Assembly: GCA_964466285.1 (NCBI GenBank)
Contig: CAYXNI010000001.1
Span: forward strand, 1 to 38,507
From: an uncultured Planctomycetota bacterium
Lineage (GTDB): Bacteria; Planctomycetota; PUPC01
Direction: 5' to 3'
DNA: 38,507 bases
The translations under genes and the position numbers were made by a program. This document shows, in pieces, positions 7,932 through 16,402 of the stretch; the stretch's first letter is position 1; each line of letters opens with the position of its first letter. The notes below the pieces were generated by a model. It was not told where the DNA came from. It made no database searches and worked only from the letters and a program-made list of their open reading frames with translations.

Positions 7932-8131
7932 CCAGGCTTGAACGCGGCCGGGCCTGCCCTGTCTTCGACCCTGAGGCTCTCTTCGAGCCTGAGCCTCAGC
8001 CTGCGACGAGCTCAGTCGAGTCGAGCCGAAGGCAGACCCGAAGGGAGCGCAGCCGAAGGGATGACCGTGCCGTGGGTTTGAAACAGCTTGTTAATCTCTA
8101 TCTGCCAAGCTGGGTGCGTAGGAGGCACGAG

Positions 8132-9706
8132 ATGCGGGGCCGAATGATGATTTGTGTGCTCGCGGCGGCGTTGTGCGCGGCGTGCGTGCCGCGTGGGCCA
8201 GAGGGTCTGCCGGGGGGGAAGGTGCTGCGGTTCAACAACAACGCGGAGCCGGAGACGCTGGACCCGGCGCTGCTGACGGGGATGCCGGATGTGACGCTGG
8301 CCACGGCGCTGTTCGAGGGGCTGGTGGCGTATGATCCGAAGACGCTGGCGACGGTTCCGGGGGTCGCGGAGCGCTGGGAAATGTCGGCGGACGGGCTGAC
8401 GTATACGTTCCACCTGCGGGAGTCGGTGTGGTCGAACGGTGAGCGGCTGACGGCTGAGGATTTCGTGTATTCATGGCGCCGGGTGCTGGAGCCGGAGACG
8501 GCGGCGAAGTATGCGTATCAGTTGTGGTACATCAAGAACGCGGCGAAGTACACGAAGGGGGAGCTGAAGGATTTCTCGCAGGTGGGGATCCGGTCCGCTG
8601 ACGAGAGGACGATTGAGGTGACGCTGGAGCACCCGACGGTGTTCTTCCTGGATCTGCTGGCGTTTCCAACGTACATGCCGGTGAACCGGGGCTGTGTGGA
8701 AAAGTTCGGGAGCCGCTGGACGCGGCCTGGGAGCATGGTGGGCAACGGGCCTTTTGTGCTGGCGGAATGGAAGGCGCAGGATCAGATCGTGATGCGGAAG
8801 AACCCGCGGTACTGGCGTGCGGATGACGTGAAGTTGGACGGGATTGTGGCGTTTGCGATCACGGACGAGAATACGGCGCTGCGGCGGTACAAGGCGGGCG
8901 AGCTGGACTGGGTGAAGTCGCTGCCGGATCTGATGGTGCCACGGCTGAAGGAGCGGCCGGACTACCACAGGGCGGTGTCGCTGGGGACGCATTTCTACCG
9001 GTTCAACTGCTCGCGGAAGCCGTTTGACGACGTGCGTGTGCGGAAGGCGTTCGATCTGGCGCTGGACAAGCGGAAGATATGCCAGTTCGTGCTGCACGGC
9101 CAGTACGAGCCTGCGGCGGCGTTCGTGCCGCCGGCGCTGCCGGGGTATGTGTCGCCGCCGGGCCTCGGCTATGATCCGAGGCGCGCGGCGGAGCTTCTGG
9201 CGGAGGCGGGGTATCCGGGCGGCCGGGGGTTCCCGCCGGTCACGCTGGTATACAACACGAGCAACCGGCATGAGCAGGTGGCGGCCGTGGCGAAACAGAT
9301 GTGGAAGGACGCGCTGGGGGTCGACGTGAACCTGGTGAACCAGGAGTGGAAGGTGTATCTGAGGACGACGCAGAAGCTGGACTATGACATTATCCGGTCG
9401 GCGTGGATCGGCGATTACATGGACGCGAACACGTTCCTGGACATGTTTGTTACGAACGGGGGAAACAACCGTACGGGCTGGAGCAACGCGCGGTACGACG
9501 AACTGATCGCAGAGGCGGCGCGGACGGCGGACGCGGCGAAGCGGACGGCGATGCTGCGGGAGGCGGAGGACATTCTGGTCAATGAGGAGGTGCCGATCCT
9601 GCCGATCTACTTCGATGCGCATCTGGGCTTGCGGCGGACGACGATCACGGGGGTGTATGACAACGCCCGGAACATTCATCCGTTTCAGGGCGTGGACATG
9701 GAGTGA
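8132..9706 (+). CDS. ABC transporter substrate-binding protein, family 5 (peptide/nickel, OppA/DppA-like)
   Basis: ORF 7769-9706 trimmed to the in-frame ATG at 8132, preceded by AGGAGG (8120-8125). Signal peptide MRGRMMICVLAAALCAAC. The body has the typical SBP_bac_5 layout (for example WSNGERLTAEDFVYSW, then YNTSNRHEQVAAVAKQMWKDALGV). Confidence 0.85.
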   Translation: MRGRMMICVLAAALCAACVPRGPEGLPGGKVLRFNNNAEPETLDPALLTGMPDVTLATALFEGLVAYDPKTLATVPGVAERWEMSADGLTYTFHLRESVWSNGERLTAEDFVYSWRRVLEPETAAKYAYQLWYIKNAAKYTKGELKDFSQVGIRSADERTIEVTLEHPTVFFLDLLAFPTYMPVNRGCVEKFGSRWTRPGSMVGNGPFVLAEWKAQDQIVMRKNPRYWRADDVKLDGIVAFAITDENTALRRYKAGELDWVKSLPDLMVPRLKERPDYHRAVSLGTHFYRFNCSRKPFDDVRVRKAFDLALDKRKICQFVLHGQYEPAAAFVPPALPGYVSPPGLGYDPRRAAELLAEAGYPGGRGFPPVTLVYNTSNRHEQVAAVAKQMWKDALGVDVNLVNQEWKVYLRTTQKLDYDIIRSAWIGDYMDANTFLDMFVTNGGNNRTGWSNARYDELIAEAARTADAAKRTAMLREAEDILVNEEVPILPIYFDAHLGLRRTTITGVYDNARNIHPFQGVDME

Positions 9707-9756
9707 TCGGGGAAGGGCGCGACGAGTGCGCTCATGGTTCCGAGTGACGCCCAAGT

Positions 9757-9852
9757 TGAGGAGAGTGGGGAGTGGGGAGGGAGAAGAAGAGAGTAAGAGC
9801 AAGAGTAAGAGGGAGAGTGGGAGGTGAGGGGGGGCAAGGGGGCGTAGGGGGA
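9757..9852 (+). repeat. polypurine (G/A) tract of about 97 nt
   Basis: gttgaggagagtggggagtggggagggagaagaagagagtaagagcaagagtaagaggga... I count 3 C residues across 9758-9852. Internal repeats gagtaagag and gagtgggga. Starts 50 nt after the SBP stop. Confidence 0.9.
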
Positions 9853-9920
9853 CGCGCCGGGGCCAGCAGGAGGCGGGCGCCGGGGTGAGAAATGCAGATA
9901 CTGGAAATGCGAAATACGTA

Positions 9921-9949
9921 TTGAATGTTGGGAACGAAAGAACTATCAT
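9921..9949 (+). promoter_or_regulatory. candidate promoter TTGAAT-N17-TATCAT
   Basis: Hexamers at 9921-9926 and 9944-9949 in a locally AT-richer stretch, 55 nt upstream of the LysM gene ATG. Confidence 0.4.
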
Positions 9950-10003
9950 GACCGCCAAAGTTCATTGCAAACCATTTGTCCACTTTTTTTCGAGGGAAGG
10001 GCC

Positions 10004-10744
10004 ATGAACCGGGATGCGAAGATCGGGATTGTGGTGATTCTGATTATTGTGGGGCTGCTGGTGGTCATCTGGGGGCGTGGTGGTGGCCGGAAGGACCGCA
10101 CCGAGGGCGAGGAAGGTGCGGGTCAGGGCCAGTTGGGTGCGATTCCGCCGGACGGCGGGGTTCCGCCGCCGCCGGTGCCGACGATTCCTCCGCCGCCTGT
10201 TGGGCCGCCACCCGTGGGGCCTCCTCCGCCGCCCGTGTTTGGAACAACGACGCCGGGCACGGCGGCGCCTCAGTATATTACTTACAAGGTGAAGCCGGGT
10301 GATAGCCTCGAGACGATCGTGCGGGACCAGCTTCACGTGCAGGATCCGGCTGCGATGAACCGCCTCATCAATGAAATCGTCAAGCTGAACAACCTGAGGG
10401 ACAAGAACAAGATCGCTGCTGGTCAGACGCTGAAGCTTCCCAAGGAGGGCGCGTCGACGCCGGCGCTGGAGCCGGCCGCGCCGCCGGTGACTTCGAGTGA
10501 TCCCTGGAACGAAGTGGTGATCACGGCGCCGAGCGGCATGGCGGCGGTTCCGATTCCCGGGGCCACGATCCAGCGGAGATATGTGGTGAAGGCCGGGGAC
10601 AACCTGATGAAGATCGCCCGGGAACAGCTTCATGCGGCGGACGACGCTGCGGCGAAGAAGCTCGCAACCAAGATCGCGGAGCTGAACAAGCTCAGCAACC
10701 CGGACGAGCTGGAGATCGGTCAAGCGCTCATGCTGCCTGAATGA
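10004..10744 (+). CDS. membrane-anchored protein with a proline-rich linker and two LysM domains
   Basis: ORF trimmed to the ATG at 10004. N-terminal TM segment IGIVVILIIVGLLVVIW, then a PPPPVP-type linker. Two LysM-like units: YKVKPGDSLETIVRDQL...LNNLRDKNKIAAGQTLKLP and YVVKAGDNLMKIAREQL...LNKLSNPDELEIGQALMLP. Confidence 0.8.
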   Translation: MNRDAKIGIVVILIIVGLLVVIWGRGGGRKDRTEGEEGAGQGQLGAIPPDGGVPPPPVPTIPPPPVGPPPVGPPPPPVFGTTTPGTAAPQYITYKVKPGDSLETIVRDQLHVQDPAAMNRLINEIVKLNNLRDKNKIAAGQTLKLPKEGASTPALEPAAPPVTSSDPWNEVVITAPSGMAAVPIPGATIQRRYVVKAGDNLMKIAREQLHAADDAAAKKLATKIAELNKLSNPDELEIGQALMLPE

Positions 10745-10814
10745 TGGACGGTTGCACACCTTTCGGGACGAGCATGGCCGGGCGCGGCCGCTTCGTTCTG
10801 ACACATCGATGTGA

Positions 10815-11747
10815 ATGATTCGAATCCTCAACGATCTGAAGGCTCCCCGTTCGCTTGGCCGGCCGGTAGCGACGATCGGCACGTTTGACGGTGTGCACAA
10901 GGGGCACCAGCGCGTGCTGGCGGAGTTGCGCCGGTGGGCGGACGAGCTGGGCACGCGGGCTCTCGTGGTGACGTTTAACGTGAGTCCGAAGACGCTGACG
11001 CGCGGGGAGCGTGCGCCGTGCATCACGTCGTTGGAACACCGGCTGGTGCTGTTCGAGCGCCTGGGGATCGACGCGTGCGCGGTGCTGCGGTTCGACAAGC
11101 GGCTGAGCCGGGTCTCGGCGCGGGACTTCGTGGTCAAGATGCTGTGCGGCAGGCTGCGGGTGCAGGGGGTGCTGGTGGGGTTCAACTGCCGGTTCGGGCG
11201 GAACGCGGAGGGTGACTACGAGTTCCTGAAGGAGCTGGAGGCGGAAGGACTCTGCAAGGCGCGGCAGGTCGCGCGGCCGGCGGTGTTGGAGGGGCGGGCG
11301 GTGTCGAGCTCGGCGATCCGTGAAGCGATCGAGGCGGGAAGGCTTCGCCGGGCGGAGCGGATGCTGGGACGGCCTGTGACGCTGCTGGGGACGGTGGTGC
11401 ACGGGCGGGGCCGGGGATCGCGGCTGGGTTTTCCCACGGCGAACCTGGACCTGCACCACGAGGTGAAGCCGCCGAGCGGGGTGTATGTGACGTGGGCGCG
11501 GGTCGGGGACCGGTGGCTGCCGGCGTTGACAAGCATCGGGCGGCAGGCGACGTTTCCGCATCCGCTGCGTGAGGACATGGTGGAGGTGTACATCGCCGGG
11601 CTTCGGCGGGAGCTTTACGGGAAGGACCTGGAGGTGCGGTTCGTGCGGAAGCTTCGCGAGCAGAAGAGGTTTTCGTCGGGCGAGGAGCTTGTGGAGCAGA
11701 TGAAGCGTGACCTGGGCGCCCTGAAGAGGTGCCGGGCGAGGAGTTGA
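10815..11747 (+). CDS. ribF: bifunctional riboflavin kinase / FMN adenylyltransferase
   Basis: 310 aa. N-terminal ATIGTFDGVHKGHQ nucleotidyltransferase motif and a C-terminal riboflavin kinase region (GRGRGSRLGFPTANL, then PSGVYV). Confidence 0.93.
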   Translation: MIRILNDLKAPRSLGRPVATIGTFDGVHKGHQRVLAELRRWADELGTRALVVTFNVSPKTLTRGERAPCITSLEHRLVLFERLGIDACAVLRFDKRLSRVSARDFVVKMLCGRLRVQGVLVGFNCRFGRNAEGDYEFLKELEAEGLCKARQVARPAVLEGRAVSSSAIREAIEAGRLRRAERMLGRPVTLLGTVVHGRGRGSRLGFPTANLDLHHEVKPPSGVYVTWARVGDRWLPALTSIGRQATFPHPLREDMVEVYIAGLRRELYGKDLEVRFVRKLREQKRFSSGEELVEQMKRDLGALKRCRARS

Positions 11748-11749
11748 AC

Positions 11750-12319
11750 ATGGCCGAGGCGGGTCTTTCGGGGTCGGCTCAGGCGGAACTGTTGCGGATT
11801 GCACGCGCGGTGGTGGAGGCGGCGGCGAAGGGGCTGCCGGCCCCGGACTGCCGGCCGGATGGCCTGCCCGAGCTGGAGGAGCACCTGGGCGCGTTCGTGA
11901 CGCTGAATGAGCGCGGTCAGCTGCGCGGATGCATCGGGCGCTTCTTGCCGGACGAACCGGTGTGGAGGGTCGTGGCGGCGATGGCGAGGTCGGCGGCGAT
12001 GGAGGACCCGCGGTTCCAGCCGGTGGGTGAGGCGGAGTTGAAGGACATCGACATCGAGATCAGCGTGTTGTCGCCGCTGCGAAAGACGGAGGACCCGCTT
12101 TCGCTGGAACTGGGCGTGCATGGGATCTACATCAGGCGCGGGGGGCGTTCGGGGACGTTTCTGCCGCAGGTGGCGACGGAGCACAACATGTCGAAGGAGA
12201 AGTTCCTCTCCACGTGCTGCGCACATAAGGCGGGCCTGCCGCCGGACGCGTGGAAGGACCCGACGACCGAGGTGTATCTCTACACCGCGCAGGTGTTCGG
12301 GGAGGAGAAGCGGGAATAG
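11750..12319 (+). CDS. AMMECR1 domain protein
   Basis: ORF trimmed to the ATG at 11750, 3 nt after the ribF stop. Hallmark GAFVTLNERGQLRGCIGRF and the downstream GVHGIYIRRGGRSGTFLPQV. Confidence 0.85.
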   Translation: MAEAGLSGSAQAELLRIARAVVEAAAKGLPAPDCRPDGLPELEEHLGAFVTLNERGQLRGCIGRFLPDEPVWRVVAAMARSAAMEDPRFQPVGEAELKDIDIEISVLSPLRKTEDPLSLELGVHGIYIRRGGRSGTFLPQVATEHNMSKEKFLSTCCAHKAGLPPDAWKDPTTEVYLYTAQVFGEEKRE

Positions 12320-12326
12320 GGGAGAG

Positions 12327-12428
12327 GAAGACGGATGTAACCACGAAGGCACAAAGGCACCAAGGTGCACAAAGGCATGGACCGCGAAGACGGATCTGAC
12401 CACGAAGACACAAGGACGCCAAGGAACC
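12327..12428 (+). repeat. two tandem copies (59-nt period) of a gaagacggat...accacgaag-CACNAAGG repeat
   Basis: Copy 1 starts at 12327 and copy 2 at 12386. Octamer sub-repeat cacgaagg cacaaagg caccaagg..cacaaagg. It overlaps the 5' end of the GxxExxY ORF. Confidence 0.85.
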
Positions 12429-12829
12429 CGAAGACGAAGGGATACGAGCCGCTGCCGCCGCAGACGGAGTTCATCGCGAAGGAGGTTGTGGATGCCGCAA
12501 TGCACGTCCACAAGAAGCTGGGCCCCGGCCTGCTCGAATCAGTATACGAGGTGTGCCTGGCCCATGAGCTGAAGAAACGCCGTATCCCAGTGGAAACGCA
12601 GGTTGCTCTGCCCATTGTGTATGATGGAATTCAACTTGATGCTGGATACCGCATCGACATGCTGGTCCAGAAATGCATCATCGTCGAACTGAAAGCTGCC
12701 GAGGTGGCTACTCCTCTTTTTGAGGCCCAACTGCTTACGTACCTCAAGTTGACCGGACACAGGCTCGGCCTTCTGATCAACTTCAATGTCCCCTTGTTGA
12801 AGGACGGCATCAAGAGGCTCATTCTCTAG
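12377..12829 (+). CDS. GxxExxY family protein (PD-(D/E)XK-like small protein)
   Basis: The core matches the family pattern as I remember it: HKKLGPGLLESVYEVCLAHELKKRRI, then LPIVYDGIQLDAGYRIDMLV, IIVELKA, QLLTYLKLTGHRLGLLINFN and LKDGIKRLIL. Start uncertain (ATG 12377 or GTG 12365). GC is 47% on line 12601-12660. Confidence 0.85.
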   Translation: MDREDGSDHEDTRTPRNPKTKGYEPLPPQTEFIAKEVVDAAMHVHKKLGPGLLESVYEVCLAHELKKRRIPVETQVALPIVYDGIQLDAGYRIDMLVQKCIIVELKAAEVATPLFEAQLLTYLKLTGHRLGLLINFNVPLLKDGIKRLIL

Positions 12830-12843
12830 CCTTATTCGTGCGA

Positions 12844-12877
12844 CTTCGTGCCTTTGTGTCTTGGTGGTCAGGTCTTC
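12844..12877 (-). repeat. inverted copy of the CACNAAGG-type repeat (right flank of the GxxExxY gene)
   Basis: The reverse complement gaagacctgaccaccaagacacaaaggcacgaag matches the left copy gaagacggatctgaccacgaagacacaaggacg. It contains the last codons and stop of rmuC (PLDEKT*). Confidence 0.8.
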
Positions 12878-13998
12878 TCGTCGAGAGGATGTGGCAGTGC
12901 TTCGGGCTCGTGGGTGGTGCGGAGGTGCTCGATCTGGTCGAGGGGCTTTTCGAGCTGGCGGATGCGGGTGGTGGAGAGGCGCTCGTGGGTCTTGCAGACG
13001 GTGCCGAGCTGCTCGCCGAGCTTGTCGAGCTCATCCTTGAAAAGCGTCCACTGCTTGGCGAAGGCGTTGATGAGACCGACCATTTCGATGGCTTTTCGCT
13101 CCATGCGGACGTTCTCGGCGGCCTGGCGGATGACGGCGAGAACGGCGTAGAGTGTGAGGGGGGAGCAGAGGACGTTCTTCTGGCGCAGTGCTTCATCGAG
13201 GACGGAGGGGTCCATCTCGTGGATGGAGGCGTAAACCTGTTCGTTGGGAATGAAGACGAGGGCGTAGTCGACGGTGTTGTCGTCGGTGTTGATGTAGTCG
13301 CGTGAGGCGGCCTCTTTGACGCGGTTCTTGACGTCGGCGATGAAGGCTTTGCCGAGGCGCTGGCGCTCGTCGTCGGTCTGGGCCTTCAGGTAGCGGAGGT
13401 AGTTGTCGAGGGGGAACTTGACGTCCATGTTAAGCTTCAGGTTGTTGGGGAGCGGGAAGGTGAAGTCGGGGCGGGTGGCGCCGGTGGCGACCTGCTGCTG
13501 CTTGAAGTAGTTGACGTTTTCGATGAAGCCGGCGAGCCTGAGGACGTCTTCGGCCATGCGCTCGCCCCACTGGCCGCGGTGCTGCGAGCTCGAGAGGGCG
13601 TTGCTGAGCTGCTCGGTTGTCTGGCGGAGCCTGAGTGTTTCCTGCATGGCGGCCTGGAGCTGGGCGGCGACGGCGCGGTGCGAGCCTTCGCGGTCTTTGT
13701 CGGCGCGCTGGACGAAGTCCCGGAGGTCGGTCAGGCGTTTTTGCATCGTTTCGAGGTTCTGGTCGATCAGCTTCTTCTCGCCCTCGAGGTCCTTCCGGGC
13801 CGAGTCGGTCTGGGCGGAGAGGACTTCACGGGCGAGGCGGACGACCTGCTCGGAGTTCGCCTGGAGCGCCTGCTGGGACAGTGTGGCGAAGGTGTTCCGG
13901 GTTTCTTCCTGCGCGTTGCGGCGGGAGCGGGTGAGCAGGTAGACGGCGGCGACGCCGAGCAGGATTCCGATGAGCAGGCCGGCGATGAGTTGGGGCAT
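12868..13998 (-). CDS. rmuC: DNA recombination protein RmuC
   Basis: ORF trimmed to the ATG at 13998 (GAGGA upstream). N-terminal TM helix, a long coiled-coil, and a C-terminal RmuC nuclease-like region (DFTFPLPNNLKLNMDVKFPL, then ALVFIPNEQVY). Confidence 0.88.
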   Translation of the reverse strand: MPQLIAGLLIGILLGVAAVYLLTRSRRNAQEETRNTFATLSQQALQANSEQVVRLAREVLSAQTDSARKDLEGEKKLIDQNLETMQKRLTDLRDFVQRADKDREGSHRAVAAQLQAAMQETLRLRQTTEQLSNALSSSQHRGQWGERMAEDVLRLAGFIENVNYFKQQQVATGATRPDFTFPLPNNLKLNMDVKFPLDNYLRYLKAQTDDERQRLGKAFIADVKNRVKEAASRDYINTDDNTVDYALVFIPNEQVYASIHEMDPSVLDEALRQKNVLCSPLTLYAVLAVIRQAAENVRMERKAIEMVGLINAFAKQWTLFKDELDKLGEQLGTVCKTHERLSTTRIRQLEKPLDQIEHLRTTHEPEALPHPLDEKT

Positions 13999-14042
13999 GG
14001 GGTGAATCCTCGTCAGGTCTGATCGTGGGACCTTCGGGGGCA

Positions 14043-14071
14043 ATTCTAGTGTGATCGGCGCGGGACGGCAA
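14043..14071 (-). promoter_or_regulatory. sigma70-type promoter TTGCCG-N17-TAGAAT for rmuC
   Basis: The minus strand reads TTGCCG (14071-14066), a 17-nt spacer, then TAGAAT (14048-14043), 45 nt upstream of the ATG at 13998. Confidence 0.5.
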
Positions 14072-14088
14072 GCGAATTTCGCTGCGGG

Positions 14089-15792
14089 CTAGCCGCCGCC
14101 CATCTGCTCGAGGGCTCGGATCGCGCTGGCGCGGACGGCGGGCCGAGGGTCGAGCGCCGCCTTCTTCAGAGCGTCGACAATCTCGGGCGCCTTCAGGGCG
14201 TTGGCGAAATCGCAGGCGTCGGCGCTCGCCGGGCTCTTGGGATCGGTGATGACCTGGACGAGGGCTTGCTTTAGCGGCTCGGGGTGCTGCTGAACGGCGA
14301 GTTGCAGCGCGTTGAAGGCCTGGCTGCGGATGGTGCGGTCGGGGTCGCTCTGGAGCCCGAGCAAGGCAACGTACGCGTCGGACGCAGGAATGGAGCAAAG
14401 GACTTTCATTGCGACGAACCGCACCTGCCGCTCGTCGTCGAGCGCGGCCCGGACAACGGCCGCGAGGCTGTCCCGGCCGGGAAGCCCGCCCAGTGCGGCG
14501 ACGGCGGTGGCGCGGACGATGATGTCCTTGTCCTGGGCGGCGGTGAGAAGCGCTCGAGTGGCAGCCCCGTCGCCGAGCATGCCGAGCGCCCGGATGGCGG
14601 CGATGCGAGTCTGGGGGTCGGGGTCGGCCAGCGCGGGCTCGATGAGTTCGGCGGCGCCTTTGCTGTGCAGCCGGCCCAGCGCGGTGATGGCCGCGCGGCG
14701 GACCTCGGGCGCACTGTCCTTCAGGGCCCTGCGCAGCGCGGGCGTGGCCATGTCGCACTGGCCCGCCAGACCCAGCCCGAACGCGGCGCGCCATCGCAGT
14801 TCGGGGTTCGTTTCATTTTCGAGCGCCCACACCAGCGCCTCGACCGACTCGCGCGAGCGGAGCATGCCGATCAACTCGATTGTGCGCAGGCGGACCGGCT
14901 CGGGCGAGCCGTCGGCGAAATGCCTCGTAAGCAGCGTCACGGCGTAGGCCGGCCGCGCCATGTTCAGGGCGCTCGCCAGGTATTCGCGGACCGGGCAGGG
15001 ATCGAGCGTGAGGAAGTACTTGACCAGGGACTCGATGATCTCTTCCGCCACCTTGTCCTGAGCCCGAAGTGCTTCGAGTTCCTTCGTGCGGATGACAAGC
15101 ACGCGCGCTAGCCCGAGGGCGGCCGACTCGCGGAAGTCGGGCGGATACATTTCCGGCGGGTTGTTGAGGACGCGGGTCATCGCCTCAACGGCCCGGTGAT
15201 CGCGGTCGCCGACGCACACGATCACGGCGAGCGCCGCGCGCTGGACATCAGTCTCGCCGGGCGACTGCCCGCGGTAGGAGCCGCTCGGGGTCTCGATGAT
15301 CTTGAGGTACTGGCTCAGGATACTCTCGCCCAGCCCGCCGATGGCGTCCTCGATGAGCTCGGGAAACGTCAGCTCGACACCAGCATCGGCGAACGAGATT
15401 TTCTTGTCGTACCGCAGGACGGGACTGGGGCCGACGGCCTGGGAGTGCACCTGCAGGAGGACCGGGATCGCAGCCGGATCGTCGATCTCCCGGAGCGCCC
15501 ACACGGCCGCCACCTTCACGTCGATGATGTCGTTACGCTTCAGCACCGTCACCAGCGCGGGGACGGCCTCATCAAGTGCTGCGAGCCCGGCGAGGCCGAT
15601 TGCGTTGATTCGTTTCTCAAGCGAAAGCGACGCGTCCAGTATGGCCTGGACGGTGCTCTCCCGGGCCTCTTTCCCCAGGATCACGCGTGGGCGGCTGCTC
15701 TCGACGGCCGCGCCTTCGAGCGGGGCGGGGCGCTCGGCCCCGGGCGCACTGTGCGGCGCGCCAACCAGCATCGCGGCGGCAAGAAGAAGCAT
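14089..15792 (-). CDS. secreted HEAT-repeat (PBS-lyase HEAT-like) protein
   Basis: ORF 14089-15912 trimmed to the ATG at 15792 (signal-like MLLLAAAMLVGAP). An alternative GTG at 15819 overlaps the upstream stop (GTGA). Repeated motifs of the type D.D..VR..A..ALG run throughout. Confidence 0.75.
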   Translation of the reverse strand: MLLLAAAMLVGAPHSAPGAERPAPLEGAAVESSRPRVILGKEARESTVQAILDASLSLEKRINAIGLAGLAALDEAVPALVTVLKRNDIIDVKVAAVWALREIDDPAAIPVLLQVHSQAVGPSPVLRYDKKISFADAGVELTFPELIEDAIGGLGESILSQYLKIIETPSGSYRGQSPGETDVQRAALAVIVCVGDRDHRAVEAMTRVLNNPPEMYPPDFRESAALGLARVLVIRTKELEALRAQDKVAEEIIESLVKYFLTLDPCPVREYLASALNMARPAYAVTLLTRHFADGSPEPVRLRTIELIGMLRSRESVEALVWALENETNPELRWRAAFGLGLAGQCDMATPALRRALKDSAPEVRRAAITALGRLHSKGAAELIEPALADPDPQTRIAAIRALGMLGDGAATRALLTAAQDKDIIVRATAVAALGGLPGRDSLAAVVRAALDDERQVRFVAMKVLCSIPASDAYVALLGLQSDPDRTIRSQAFNALQLAVQQHPEPLKQALVQVITDPKSPASADACDFANALKAPEIVDALKKAALDPRPAVRASAIRALEQMGGG

Positions 15793-15815
15793 GGGAAGGT
15801 CTTGAACAGAATGCT

Positions 15816-16397
15816 TCACCGGCGGCTTTCGGGTCCTTCTTCGGTCTTTTCCCGCGGCTTCTCGATCAGGTACGTGGGCTCGGTTCTTGCCGGGCTGACG
15901 AACGGCCCCCAAAAGATGGAACGTTTCTCCTCGCCTTTGACCACGTACGCCCGCGGCCTGTACGCGGTTTCGCGGCGTGCGCCATCGATGCGGGACCGGG
16001 CGATCTCCCGCGTCGTTTCCGCGTTGCGCATCAGGACGGCATCCTCGACAGCCACCGTGCGGGTCAGCTCAAAGTAGTATTGCCGCCGGTCGACGATCTT
16101 CCACGGGATTATCAAGTCGCTGAAGATATCGACGGGGAAATACTCGTACCACGGGGAATCGATTTTGACCAGGTGCTTCTCGCCCAGGTACCCGTCCTTG
16201 TAGACGGCGATCTCGCGCGTCCCGTAGAAATCGAACGGAACGTAATCAATCGGGGTCTTCCCAAGCTCAAGTCCGTCCAGGTACACCGTCGCCCCGGGCG
16301 GCTCCGTCCGGACGCCGAAGCTCTTCTTCACGCAGCCGGCAGCGACCGCAAGGGCCGCTGACAGGAACAACACGATGAGCGGTCGAATGGTTCTCAT
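15816..16397 (-). CDS. PEGA-domain lipoprotein
   Basis: ORF trimmed to the ATG at 16397. Signal plus lipobox MRTIRPLIVLFLSAALAVAAGC. PEGA-like VRTEPPGATVYLDGLELGKTP...IAVYKDGY. Confidence 0.75.
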   Translation of the reverse strand: MRTIRPLIVLFLSAALAVAAGCVKKSFGVRTEPPGATVYLDGLELGKTPIDYVPFDFYGTREIAVYKDGYLGEKHLVKIDSPWYEYFPVDIFSDLIIPWKIVDRRQYYFELTRTVAVEDAVLMRNAETTREIARSRIDGARRETAYRPRAYVVKGEEKRSIFWGPFVSPARTEPTYLIEKPREKTEEGPESRR

Positions 16398-16402
16398 TGT
16401 TC

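Noticed and set aside
7769-8131. 121-aa N-terminal extension of the solute-binding protein ORF.
   Set aside because: The extension is Arg/Ser-rich repeat-derived sequence. A signal peptide preceded by AGGAGG starts at 8132.
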